DNA of 63,694 bases, filler included, from Hyphochytrium catenoides (lineage: Eukaryota; Protista; Hyphochytriomycota), in the NCBI GenBank assembly GCA_900088475.1. It is 12 parts of 12 records of this genome, joined end to end, with 100 filler letters (N's around TTAATTAATTAA, not from the genome) between each part and the next. Parts side by side here need not be neighbours in the genome. Positions count along the whole stretch, not along the records: positions 20,454 to 44,814 come from FLMG01004503.1; positions 44,915 to 46,060 come from FLMG01001880.1; positions 46,161 to 47,425 come from FLMG01001328.1; positions 47,526 to 51,501 come from FLMG01001482.1; 8 more parts are not named here. The stretch is one strand, 5' to 3'. The position numbers were made by a program, and so were the translations under genes. Under the pieces are notes generated by a model. That model searched no databases. It was not told the origin of the DNA and saw only the letters and a list, made by a program, of their open reading frames with translations. Below are positions 36,174-49,364 of this stretch, piece after piece. The first letter of the stretch is position 1; each line of letters starts with the position of its first letter.

Positions 36174-38107
36174 ATGTAGTTCTAATAAGCGAGAGAGAGC
36201 CGGTCCCTAGGAACACTGTTTGTCTTTTTTAATTCGACATGCGGTTAGCGGCTACTCTTGGTAAGTGTAGTGAAGGCCTTCATAGGTAATTTCATGCCTT
36301 CTCTCCTTTTTGCCGAATCTTTTGCTGTCCGTTAGCGGGTGGCTGTGGCGCCCACATCCGTCCAAGGCTGATGATAGGTCATCAGTCGCTTCCGGAAAGG
36401 GGAAGCTGGTGCTCTTCACTTCTGAATTCTGAAGCGTTTATTTATGATTTATGGTAAGCGGCTCTGATGATGGACGCGGAGTGGGATGAGGGATGAGTCC
36501 AACGCGGACCAACGAAGAAAGAAGCATCCTCAACGTATCCGAGGAGGCCGGCGGCCAAGGGGCTGGTGGCGGACTCGATGGCACGAACAGTAACAATGGA
36601 GAAAAGGAGAGGCGCGGCGCTCAATGGCGGCTGCTCCCTCTTCTTATCATCGGCCGTTTCTTCCTCCTTAGAAAGGAAGTGAGCGAAAAAGAAGTGTCTG
36701 TTCCTTGACACTGCTCCTGCTGCACGGTAGCCTGCTGCCTCCTGGTGGTCGTCCCTCTCCTCCTACTACTCCCTCCCCTTTTCTAAGACATCGCTCAAAG
36801 CGGTGAAGCTGCTACCATCACTCTTCGTTTTCATCAGTGCATTAGATAGGGAAGAAGGACGTCACGGCTAGTAGTAGATGATTCAGCTACTTTATAGAGA
36901 AAACCTGGCTCCATTCTTTCTTCCCGCTGCTGCCCAATAATAAAGAAGACAGTAAATACCGTCGGCTTTCGCTGGTGGCCGACAGCCATGACGCCGTCGT
37001 CGTCCTCCTACCACCAGCAGGCCAATCTTCCTAAGTGCAGGCGAACAAGACGAGAGTATTGCTATCTAAGGGAATAAGCACTCAGCAGTCAACACCAGAG
37101 AGAAGGAGGAACAGGAGAGGGCTTTCTAGTAATGACGCTTGTGGCCGATAATTTGAGCCACCTTCTCCTCCCTCCTCCTTCTGCTCCCTCATCATCTCAT
37201 CACCATCTTCGACCCATAGCATCATCGCTCCCCGTCCCTCTTTTAGAGGTTTCTCTCTTTTTCCTCTTCTATCTCTCAGACCTCTATTGTTGCTGCTACC
37301 CATCATCATGGCTGCAGAGCACGTGATGGGTAATAATAACGGGAAGGAGAGGATGGAGGAAGGTTAGTAAGGCTGAACATCAGCAGGAGGGAGGAGGCCA
37401 AAATCCAAGGATAACAAGCGACAACGATGGATTGAGGGAGCTTTCCTCGAGTAAGGTGATTGTCTCCAGGAAAGGAGAGACCAGGCATCTTCCGGTTGTC
37501 ATCTCCACAATCTTCTTTTCTTCTTCAATCCGTCTTACTTTCTTACCAGTGTCCCTCTCTTCTCTTTATCCATTATAAAGAAGGCAGTGAAGGCTCTAAA
37601 GGCGGAGGCCGTCCGCGATATGGGAGAGACTTTGAAGAAAGGAGGGAGAGGAGGCGGTACTAGAGGCTCAATAGAATTATGACAGGAGCAAGAAAGCAAG
37701 CAGCAACATTGCCCGTAGTTATCCTTCAACGGGCGACTCACAAGGTGGGGAAGAGCACACACTAGGAGCAGCAGCAGCCTCAGGAGCCTTCTTAGCGGCC
37801 AATGGTGTCGTCTTCTCTATAGGAAAGGATTATAAGTATAAAGAGCGAGACAGTGAACTCTGAGCGGAGAAGACTAGCGAGAAAACTAATGAGAGAGGAA
37901 AGGATAGTGATGTGAGCAGGGAACGGAAGACGAAAACGAGTGCCCGCTCCTGGGAGAAGGGAGAAAACGAGACGATAGAACTTTATCATGGCGGGCGAGT
38001 AATACGAAAGACCAATGATAGGCAAGATAGAGAGAGGAAGGGAGGCTGAAGCAATGGATCCTAAGCGATCGTGGAACAACAAACAAAGAGAGAAGAGGGA
38101 GCGGGAC

Positions 38108-38158
<51 letters not shown>

Positions 38159-40050
38159 GAGAGAGAGACAGAGAGAGACAGAGAGAGACAGAGAGAGAGA
38201 GAGAGGCCCAAACGAACGGAAAGTCTGTTCTGGAGAAAGAAAGAGTTTGTAACGGTCTTCGGTCCTGTCATCTCCTTCCCTCCATATTTAACATCTTTTT
38301 TTTACACTTCGTCCCTAATCCCTGTCAATTGACTAGATAACCAACAGGACACACGTCGTACTTAATTAAGTGTTTGTGCCAGTACTTGGCCAAGTATCCA
38401 GGGGGGAAGGCAAGAAGCATGAAGACTGCATCGCATAAGTACGATACACCAATCGTGACGATACTTACCATTGACAAGATACTTGACAATGTGGAAGATG
38501 GTTGCCTAAGCGTTTCATGTAAGATATTAGGAGGTGGGACCACCCAACCAACGTGACGACGAAGCGGCTGAGCTCTTCTCTCTCTCCCTCTCTCTCTCCT
38601 TCCTCTCTCCTCTCCCTCTCTCTCTCTCATCTCCTTCCTCTCTCTCTCCGTCTCTCCTTCTCTCTCTCTCTCTCTCCATCTATCTATCTCTCTGTCTCTC
38701 GTCCCTTTGCTTTGCTCTGCTCCTTTTCGGTTATTTTTATCCGCCCGTCATGCTCTGCAGAGTTCTCCCATCTCTGTACAGTATCTAATCGCTCTGATGA
38801 CTCCTCATCTCTCCCACTTTTTGACCTGACTTAGCCTGCTGATCACTGCCGTTCGCCCTCTCCTTTTGGTCAGTTCTTCCTATGATTTGTTAGCAGCTTC
38901 TCTCTCTTCCCACGTGCGCCGTCTTCTTCTCTTCTTCCTCCCCCATCGTTCTGGATATTTGGAACTTTCTCGCCCAGTCCTCCTCAGCCTTCCCTCTCCA
39001 AATGCATAACTGCCGTTTGGAGAGAGAGAGAACTCAGCCGCTAGTGAGAAAGGTTAAAAACCAACCAAAAGCTACAGCAATCTGTTGCTGGCTGAAAAGA
39101 AGAGAGAGTGAGAGAGAAAAGAACGAGAAAGAGAAAGCGGAAAGAAGGCAGGAGAGAGATAGGGATGGAGAGAGAAGAGAGAGGATAGATAAATAGGAGG
39201 ATGGGAAGTTAAAGAAGCGTCGCCTATAGAGAGGCATGCAACTCCGGGTCCGAAGCAGACAATGCACCAGAAAGAAGAGAGAAGAGAGACACACAAGAGA
39301 AGAGGCAACACAGAAAGAGGGAATAAGAAAGACATTAAAGCCTGTGAGATAGGATTCTACCAGTCAAGAGTAGAGGGACATTTTAAGGAAGTAGTAGATA
39401 TACTGGGAAACAAAGAGAGAGAGAGAGTTGGAAAACAGAGAAAGGAGAGAGAAAAAAAGACACGCCTGCTTGACTTCCTTTCGCATCTTGTTTCTGTAGC
39501 GGATATGGTGAGCGATTTGCCGGCTCCTTCTCTTACTAAGCCCTACGTTCTACTCTCTCTCTCTCCTTTGTTGTCTCCTCTCTCTCTCTCTCCCCTCTTG
39601 GCTTGCATATAAGTGTTGCTGCTGCGTCACACTCTCACTCGAGGCGTTGGCTCCAGATTGCCTTACCATCAGTCTTCCTCCTCCCAGGTTTCTCTCTCTC
39701 TCCCTTCCCCACTTTTCTCGTCGCTCCAATTCTTCTCCATTTTATCTCTCTCGTCTCTTCTTCGCCAGCCCATCAGGTCCGGCAGCCGCAGATATCACTA
39801 GCGGAAGACAAGTGGTCTTCGAAAGAGAGAGAGAGAGCTAGTAAAAGAGAGAGACAAAGTATAAAGAAACACAGAGAGAGTGACGCAGATAGAGGCACAG
39901 ACTCCGTAAAGCTCACATAGATTACTCGGAACGGACAGTCTCTCCGCTCTATTTTTCCCAAGCATTGGCGCCAGAAACTAAGAGAAAGACAGGAGAAAGA
40001 AGCAGGCTACAGAGAGTCTATCCAGTGAGAGAGAGAGAGAGAGAGAGAAG

Positions 40051-40634
40051 ATGGCTTCTCCCTCTCCCTCGCGCCCGACTTATGAAGGCGCCTGGGCGAA
40101 GAGAATGGAAGAGATCGGCGGGCTGGGCTATCAAAAAGCTTACGCAACTTCTTACTCCCAGCCTCTTACCATCACACTCTTCTTTATACAGGTCAAAAGA
40201 GAGAATTTGTCTCTCATTCTCTCTCTCTGTTTCTCTCTGATTCTTCCCCTCTGATCCTTTAAGCTTACCCCATGGTCTCTTCTTCCGTTGCGTATCTCTC
40301 TCCTTTGTTTCTTCGCAGCTTAAATGTATCCTTTACAATGCAAAGACAGTCTTCTCTCTCTCTTGTCCGCGTTTCCCTTCTCTCTTCCTTCCTTTTCTCA
40401 CACTCCCGCCTCTTCACCTTTCTTGTCTCCCTCATGTCCCGTAAACCCCCCCCCCCCCTCTCTCTCTCACTCTTCTCTCCCGCTCTCTATCTACTCTTTT
40501 GTCTTTTGCTCTTTCTTTCTCTTCCATGTCCTTTCTTCCCTCTATTCCTATCTCTCTCTTATTACTTTCCTCTATCTCCCTTCCTCTCTACCCTTTCCTT
40601 TCTGGCCATCATCGGGGGTCTGTTCTTCTCACCA

Positions 40635-40679
<45 letters not shown>

Positions 40680-43365
40680 ACCTCTCTCTCTCTCTCTATC
40701 CCCACAGGTAATCTCTGCAATCACGATCATCGCTCTGATGTTCCGCCGGCGGCACTTCTTCCCTTTGAACGTGGCGCCGTTCTGGCTGCAGGCGGGCGGG
40801 CTGATCGGGACCGCGACGACCATGTTAGCCACGACGCACTTCGAAGCCCTGGAGTTGCGTGGGAACTGTATCATGTGGTGGCTGGTGTATCCCATCTTCG
40901 GCTGGTTCCCCTTCGTCACCTCCATGTTCCTCATCCTCTGGAATGTGCAGGTGAGATGACGGGGAGAAGCGAGAGAGAAAGAGAGGGAGAGAGAGAGAGA
41001 GAGAGACTAAGAAAAGTGCTGGAGGAGTCTATTCGCCAACAGGGAAAAAGGAGAGAGAGAGAGAGAGAGAAAGAGCATATGAAGGGAAGTGTTGCCAAGG
41101 AAGAAATCAGCAAGAAGAAGAAAAGAACTACCAAGAGCCAGTGTGAAGGACGAGAGGGGGAGGGGATTAGAAAAAGAGGAGGCAGGGCGTAGGAGAGAGT
41201 CATGATCTTCATCATTTCTCTCCGCTTAGGGAGATCTCTCTGTTCTCCTCATCAGTCGTCCCGCTCACAAGGGATCTTCCTGCTCTCTAAAGTTTGTCTT
41301 TCTTAACATCTCTCTTTCACTCTTTTTCACTCTCCCTTTCTCTCTCTCTTTTTCTTCCATTTTCTCTCTTTCACTCACTCTCTCTCTCTCTCTCCCTCTC
41401 TCTAGGTATCCTATGCTCTGCAGCTGATCCGCGTGAATCAGAAGAAAGGCTACCGAAAAATCTACATCTGGTCCTCTCGGCCGCGGGTCCTTTATTATCA
41501 ATATTTCACCGTCGGCGCCCTCCTCACTCTCCCGCAGATGCTTCTCTTCTATCTCGACACCCGCATGCCAGGCTTTGATGACATCTCCTGCAGACCTAAC
41601 TGGGAGCCAGCGGTGAGACAGAGGGAGGGAGAGAGAAGTCTCCACAGGGAGGAGAGAGCCTCTGAAAGGGAGAGAGACAAAGGAGAGACCCTGACTGACG
41701 TAATGAGAGAGAGAAAGTAAGGGAAGAAAAATGTGTAGAGATGGCAAAGTATAGAATGGAAGATCGCAGGCGAGAGATTGCGAGATAAAAAGGCAAGAGC
41801 GGACCGAATAAAGGAAGAAAAGAGAGAGCGACAGACTGACAGACAGACAGAAAGAGAGAGAAAAAACTATAAAGAAGGAGAAAAAGGGGAAGTGGGCGAA
41901 GAGTGGGAACTGATGACGATATAGCAAAAAGATAGAGGATGCAGGCAAAGAAAGAGAAAGAGATCCTCTGAAATTAGAGGAGAGGCTCTACCTTGAACCC
42001 TTACTGTCCCGAAAAGTGTACTCACATAGCGACCTCCGCTGTCTGTTATGTCTCTCTCTCCCTCTTAATCATTTTTTTCTCTCTCTCTCCCTGTCTCTCT
42101 CGCTCTCTGTCTCGCTCGCTCTCTCTCTCTCTCTTTGCCACGGTGCAGGCGGCTTTTTTCTTCGGTCAGCCCTTCGCCGCTGCTATCTTTGTGATGTATC
42201 TCGGGGTCCGGATGCGCCACGTCCAGGAAGAGTTCCAACTGACCAGAAACTTTGCGAAGATGGCGCTCGTCTTCTTCTGTCTCCCGATCCCGCTGCGGAT
42301 GGTTCACACCATGTTCGAGCAACACATTCCCCTCGAGACCCTCAAGCACACCAAGGCGGTAAGAGACAGACAGACAGACAGACAGACAGAGAAAGAGAGG
42401 GCTCTCTCTCTTCTCCTTCCTATCCTTTCCTTCTTCTTTCTTTTCCAACAGTTTTCTCGTTCGCGCCTTGTTCTTCCTGGCTTTAACGTCATTCTCCGAT
42501 TCCTCTCCCGCTACCGAAACCTGACTTCTCTTTTTCGCTTTCGCTCTTTCCGCTCTGTCTCTTACGCTGTTCCCTCCGTACCCTCTCCCTCCGTGCCATT
42601 TCCCTCTCTCCTCTCTCTCTCTTTCTCTCTCTCTCTTTCTCTCTCTCTCTTTCTCTCTCTCTCTTTCTCTTTTTCTCCTCTCCATCGCAGGTGGAAGTCA
42701 TCTTCTGGTTCATAGCGCTGATGGGCTATCTTTACTTCACGGGCTACTCCTCCTGGCGTCTCTCTTATGATAAAGAACTTAGAGCGAAGTCTTCCCGCCG
42801 CACCTCCGCGGCAACGATCACGCCGCTGAAGGAGAGAGAGGGAGAGAACCAAAGAGTGAAGATTGACTCGTCCAGCAAACTGAAGGAACTTCTCTCTGAT
42901 AGTCAGATTAGAGAGCCCTTCGGGAAGTACTGCACACGCGAGTTCTGTGTGGAGAACGTGCTCTTTCTTGACGCTCTCTTCTCTCTCAGGGCCATTCTGC
43001 AGGGAGAGGAGAGAGAGGAAAAGAAGGAAGAGAGAGAGAAGGTCTTGAAGTCTCTCCGGGTGGATTTCTTCGAGAACGGAAGCTTGAATGAGATCAACGT
43101 CTCGATGGCGCTCAGGCAGAAGACGAGAGATGCGCTGGGGAGATGGGCGGGGGCTGTGAGTGGAGGAGAGAGAGAGACGGAGAAACAGAGAGAGAAAGAG
43201 GCGGATGACCTGCTGCTGCAGTGCGAGAGAGAGGTGCTGAAGATGCTTTTAGCTCCCTTCAATCGCTTCCTCGAGAAAGACACGGTGGTGTATGAGATCG
43301 TGGTCTCCTCTCCTATCATTGTACTGAACGGAGACGGAAACAGGAAAGACTCAGCGCTGCACTGA
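40051..43365 (+). CDS. Multi-TM (probably 7TM) RGS-domain protein, ~491 aa, 5 exons
   Basis: Exons 40051-40191, 40708-40950, 41406-41612, 42149-42358, 42691-43365, all joined by phase-0 GT-AG introns. Several hydrophobic helices, then RGS box LLSD...REPFGKYCTREFCVENVLFLD..FFENGSLNEINVS..EVLKML..FNRF. Confidence 0.85.
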
Positions 43366-44478
43366 AGGAAGGATGAAGAGGAGAGACGTTGAGAGCCAGC
43401 TTCAAGAGAAGATGAAGAGGAGGAGCATGAACTCTTCCTTGAAACATAAGAGGCAATAGGAGTGGAAGAGGGAGGGAGAAGGGGAAGTGAGAGAGAGAGG
43501 AAGAGAGCAGCAGAGGTATTCTAGAAGGAGAGAGCAGCTCCCTTAGATGACTCAAATTTATTGACTTTAGATCGCATGAGAACCTTAGCGCCTCCATGCT
43601 TCCCTCGTCTCTGTCTTCCTCTGTCTGTCTCTCTCTCTGTCTCTCGTCCGCTTCTGTGCATGAGAGCTCTGAAGTCTCTCTCTTCTGTCCGCAATCTATG
43701 ACCTTCTTACTGAGCATCCGCCGAACGGAGTTTCTCTTCTTCACCAACAGGAGAAACGAGGCTGATAAAACATGAGACGAAGCCTGGCTAGAAGAGATAT
43801 TGCAAATATGTAGCAACAGACGAGGAGACAACGATTGAGCAAGAGCGAAAGAGGGTGAGAGAGAGAGAAAGAAGAAAAGACGCTCGAACCAACATTCCTC
43901 AAGGGAAGAGGAGGTGGCTCTTTCTCCCTCCTCTCTCTCTCTTCCTCTCTCCTCCGACACAATCACCAGACCTTCTTCATCTTGTACTCGTCCCGCCTTT
44001 CCCACCGCCCCAATTGCCGTCTGATGGACAGAGCAAAGGAGCGAGCGAACACTCTTTCTCTGGCCCTCAGGTCTGTCCGATGCTCGGGCCGTAGCGCGGA
44101 GTCTCTCAGGGAAAAAAATTATTGCAGGAGAAAGACTGCCTTCCCTTGTTTGTGGCACAGAAAGTTCATCTTTCAGATCTTATCCCTCCAGCCCCCTGAC
44201 AGATAGTTCTACCGTTCTACCACACTCTGTCTCACCGCTCCACAACGTTCGTTACGCCCATTCCATGTCTTCCTCTCCCTTTCTTTTCTCTCTCTCTCTC
44301 TCTCTCTCTCTGTGTCTCTGTCTCTGTCTCTCTCTCTGTCTCTGTCCCTTTCTCTCCCTATTTCTCTCTGTCTCTGTCTCTGTCCCTTTCCCTCTCTATT
44401 TCTCTCTGTCTCTCTCTGTTTCTGTCTCTCTCTCTCTCTCTCACTCTCCCTTGTAGGCTGCACTCAGGGCGGCTCCTG

Positions 44479-44583
44479 ATTGGTGCGAAGCTCACGCTGG
44501 TGACCATAGATCTACCCAATCATCAGGAGACTAAGAATATTCTCGCCAATGGCAGGCCACCAACCGAAGATAAAACATCCAAT
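44479..44583. promoter_or_regulatory. Cluster of four CCAAT boxes
   Basis: ATTGG 44479, CCAAT 44516, 44546 and 44579 (spacing 37/30/33 bp) in non-repetitive sequence. The target gene is not visible because the contig ends at 44814. Confidence 0.4.
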
Positions 44584-45241
44584 GGCAGTAGGCCCTGGTC
44601 TCATGCAGAACGCCGATAACCACCTCTTTATCGTCAATAATACCGCATATCATCAATCTATTTAGTATATGGCTACGCTCAGAGGATAGTAGATGATGGT
44701 GATGCCCAAGATGCCAAGAGAAGGAGGAGGAGGGAGGAGGAGGGACTGTCCACCATCTTCAACACGCGATTGCTGTATCTACACCCGCCCCGCGCCTCAA
44801 AGGAAACACTTTCTNNNNNNNNNNNNNNNNNNNNNNNNNNNNNNNNNNNNNNNNNNNNTTAATTAATTAANNNNNNNNNNNNNNNNNNNNNNNNNNNNNN
44901 NNNNNNNNNNNNNNGCTCTCTCTCTCACACTCTCTCTCTCTCTCTCTCTCTCTCCCCTTTACTCTCTCTCTCCCCTGTTCTCTCCCTCTCTCTCTGACTT
45001 CTGATCTCACAATGGTTACCCATGGGTGTTCAGATGCGTGCAAACCCATCTTAATCTGGGTCTGAAATATAGTGTTACAATATGTCGAAGCTGGGAGAGT
45101 GAGATTTGGGTAAGTATAACTAGCTTACCCATAAAGTTGATGGGTTGATACACTCGGCATGAGAATGAAGGGAAGAAGCTTCAGGAGCAAGAAAGGAGGA
45201 AGCTAGGAGGAACAGCGGAAGAAGGCGAAAGTGTGACTTGG

Positions 45242-45272
<31 letters not shown>

Positions 45273-45365
45273 AGAGAGAGGGAGAGGGAGAGAGAGAGAG
45301 AGAGAGGAAGAGCGAGAGAGAGAAAGAGAGAGAGAAAAAGAGAGAGAGAGAGAAAGATAGAGAGA

Positions 45366-45399
<34 letters not shown>

Positions 45400-47628
45400 C
45401 CGGAGAGAGAGTGCCAGAGAGAGAGTGCCAGAGAGCGCTCCAGGAAGCCAGGAAGAGGGGGATAAGAGAGCGAGCGAGGGAGAGAGGACTGTGAGAGAGC
45501 GCCAAAAGATAAGATGAGAGTAGCGGATAAGAGGGTGGGGAGGTAAAGGCAAAGAGAAACGGTATGCACTTGGAAGAGAGAGCCTCTCCTAGACGAAGAT
45601 GAGAATCGATCAATGCCGCTGCCTCTCTCCCACGCAGCGATGGTAGGAAGAGGAAGAAGGGAAGGGACTGATGAGACGAGAGAGAGAAGGCAAGAGAGGA
45701 AGAAGCCAGAGGAGGCAGTGTGGCAGCAGCGGGAAGAAAGATAATAGGAGGAGCTTGCTTGCTGTCGAGACTCAAGGGAAGCGCTGAGACTTCCACGAGA
45801 TGCCACTGAAGAAATTCTCACTGATGGTGTTAACGAGGCACTCGATGAGATGAAGAGGAGGACGCACGTGGCTCTCGTCTCTCTCTCTCTCCTCTGCTGC
45901 TATCCTTTTTGGCTCCTTTCTCTCTCTCTCTCTCTCTCCTCTCTCTATCAGCCTTCTCCTCTCTTGCTTGCTTACTCCTGCCACCCGGTACTTTATATAA
46001 AGTAAATGCTCAGCTAGAAGTTGCCTGCATTCCGGCTCTCTCTCTCTCTCTCTCTCTCTCNNNNNNNNNNNNNNNNNNNNNNNNNNNNNNNNNNNNNNNN
46101 NNNNTTAATTAATTAANNNNNNNNNNNNNNNNNNNNNNNNNNNNNNNNNNNNNNNNNNNNGAGGGATTGTTGAGAAGAGTATTTAACCACTTTCACACCT
46201 GATTGGTGAAAATGATGTCAATATAGCAGTAAGCTGTCAAATAAGCTTGTGAGGGCTTTTCAGAAAGCCTGTCATTTAGAGCAGTGCTGGCGCTGTGAAT
46301 TCGCAATAATTGGACCATCTTGGCGTCAATCTTGACAAAATATCAAAGATACGGCCGTTATGGAGTCAAGTATGGTAGACGCTTGGTCGTCTAGGGACAG
46401 AGGGGTCAAAGTCTGTCTCTCTGTCTCAACCACCATCACCAGCCTGCAAGTGCACTCTCCAAGCGCTACTGAACTCTAGTCGCGGCACCAGTAACGAGAA
46501 CGAATGGCAAGTCATCTTGGGAGAGAGCAGGAAGGATAGAACAACCCGCCACCTAAGCTTGTGAGACAACCAAGGGAAGAAGGAGAGCGATAGAAAGAGT
46601 AAAGTGTCAGTGGCTCCTCCTCCTGTTGCCCTCTTCTTACCGTCGTACGTTGTGAGCGCTGCTTCTACTTACTGGACGGCCCGCAGCACTGTACCATCAT
46701 GAGAGGACGCTATGCTGTTTGCGTATTATAGTAGTTCTACGGCATCCTCCCAGCCAGCAGCATAGCATTAATTCTTAGACCTAACTCATGGGAACGTGGA
46801 CGGAGACACAACGGTAGTAGCATTAGGGCAAAGGAAGGGCGGCACGGAAGTAATGATAGTAGTGCCTCTGCATCTGTCTGGCTCTTGGGTCACCCTATCC
46901 TAATTGTCGACTTTATGCGGTGCTGATGGTGGTCTGACGAGGACATCATGAATCATTGCTCCGCCGAAGGCTCGACTATTGACTCTATGACCATCAAACA
47001 ACCATGTATCAGTTCCGCTCATCTCATTCCCAGTGAACAGTCTCCTTGACTGCCGTCTTCGAGTTCCTCTAAACGGCTACGTACAATATTTTTGGTCGGC
47101 CTTATTAGAAATGAGGGTGGAGGAGGAAACGATGAAACAGAGGTTAATCAAGAGGAAGACATCGTCCTGGCTCCTGGGTTGGTTCATGTCTTACTTCCAT
47201 CCAAGAGTTTACACGGTAACCAGTATCGCCACGGCCGGCGAGCGGGTCGCTCTACCAAGTGCAACCTGATCAGGCACGACAGTCCTTACTCTAGCAAAAA
47301 ATGACGCCGATGTTTTCAACACTTGCAATGAGGAGGCCTTCCATCAGCCTAAGAGACCCTCGTTGCAGACGGAGCAAGCAGCCACCAATCATTATGGAGC
47401 CCTTCCTCAAAACAAAAGATTCTCCNNNNNNNNNNNNNNNNNNNNNNNNNNNNNNNNNNNNNNNNNNNNTTAATTAATTAANNNNNNNNNNNNNNNNNNN
47501 NNNNNNNNNNNNNNNNNNNNNNNNNTATATATATATATATATGATAGCCTCACCCGTGGATGCTATCTAACCCAAAATATTGTGCCTTTGGGCGATCCAC
47601 CATTTGTTCTTCTCCTACTCTCTCCTAG

Positions 47629-48624
47629 AGTGTACCTTTATCATCATCGACAATAGCTTGCCGGGAGCGTCAGGCTTCGAGACGTCAGGTGAATCTTTCT
47701 CTTTCTCCCTCCACACTTTATCTCTACCTGAGCCTTCGCAAGGGCACTGCTATCCAAATTATCTCTTTGTCTCTAAGCCCGTACGTCACTGTCCAAGGCC
47801 TTGCGAGGCCATCTTTAGGTGCATGATCTCTCTTTTCGGGCTGGCAAAGCCCGATGTTTCGATGAAATCTGTGCCAGCAGTGATATCTCCCTCCAGAGGC
47901 TTGAGGCTCCGTCTTGTCGTTTCTTATTGTCTATCTTTGACACTCCTTCCGGCCATGTCCTCTCCTTCCTCTCGGGCTCTTCCTGCAGCGATGGCAGGAG
48001 ACGTGAATCTTTTCTTCAATTCGTCTGAGGACCCCCAAGAATGTGAGCTGAACTTGATGATTGCCCGACCTGCCTCCAGAAGAAAAGGGTTGGCGGAAGA
48101 GGCCCTAAGTATAATCTTGGGCTTCGGCGTCGCAGAGCTTAACGTGACTAGGTTCTATGCAAAAATTGGAGATAACAATCCGGCTTCACATGCGCTGTTT
48201 AAGAAGTAAGAACTGAAGACTGCTGTCTTGCTCAGTCTAACAGCTCTCTTTGGTCTTCAGTCTTGTCATTCCACCTTGCCTGTTGCCAGTATTTATACCC
48301 AGAGAAGAAGGCTGTCACGTCCATGCACTCTCAGCTTCTTGGTTACCCTGCCTATGAGTCCACGTGGAGGCGACTCTTAATTCTCGACGGCGCTTTCTCA
48401 GTACCGTCAACTCAGATGATGATATGTTATCTTCAGCAAGATGTGATCATTCCCTCGCCTCTTTCTTTAGGCTGTCCTTTGTATCGTGCAACTATGTGAA
48501 GGCCTTCGAAGAGACGGAGTACGAGCTGGTTGTGAACACAGAGAGGCGAAGGGAGCTGACGGAGCCCTATAGCATCATAGGTCTGTCTTGTACATTTAGC
48601 CCAGGACTCTCCCGCTACTGCTGA
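47629..48624 (+). CDS. NAT9: GNAT N-acetyltransferase 9-like protein, 5'-partial
   Basis: Exons 47629-47688, 47989-48205, 48471-48624 (3' end uncertain). Motifs (K)CTFII, MAGDVNLFF, ELNLMIA...RRKGLAEEA and F.AKIG..N.AS..LF.KL.F. Confidence 0.85.
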
Positions 48625-49364
48625 ACATTTCCCCTCTAGCCTGGCCCTATCCCCTCCGCTATTCCTTGACCATATTCTGCGACAATGACTGGGCTTCAGA
48701 TTCTGCCAGATTTGCCTCACGCGATATACACTGTAGCCTGTCTTCTACTGCTCTATCAATCTCGCTTGTATATCCTCCTTCTACTCTTCCTATTTGTCTC
48801 TCATCGGCAGCTTACACTTCGATTGCACTCCAGAGAGGCGGACCATTGAAGACTAGTCAAATGGCTTAGTCTTAAAGACGTTGTGCCGCTACGTCGTAGG
48901 CGTCCAGTGCTGTCAATCCGCCTGTGCTCTCGTCCATCAGCCACATGTTCTCCTTACTTACGCATTGAGATCCCATCAGTCTTACCGGCTGCTCTTTCTA
49001 AAAATATCTGTATACCGCTGCTGATGGCGCAAAAGCTTTCCTTTATAGAGCGTTTTCCTCTGCTTAGTGCCCTATTTACCGTCCAAGGTCTAAGCTAAGG
49101 CAGCGTGACCTTGAACTCATGGAAGCCAATAGATATATGTAGTGCATCATTGCTCGGGCTCCAGACCGCCTTAGTGCATGATCTCCACTGCCCTTATCCA
49201 CTATTACTCTTTGAGCTTCTCTTTGTTCATCCTCAACAGTCACGAGTAGCTCTGCTTGTGGCTTCTAGAACTTATGATGGACGGGGGACAGGAGAGCCGC
49301 AGCTATATGTCGCTAGACCATTGCATGTCTATGAAGTCTTAAAGCAGCAATCTGCCTTATAATT

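Noticed and set aside
40051-43365. All introns being phase 0 as a genome-wide rule
   Set aside because: True for RGS and AdoMetDC, but the KH/J, SMT, NAT9 and BT1 genes have phase 1 and 2 introns.
46650-47425. Gene-like complex sequence (also ~26000-27100 and 36200-37800)
   Set aside because: Many stops in the frames examined and no recognisable motif; probably eroded TE or gene remnants that I cannot assign.
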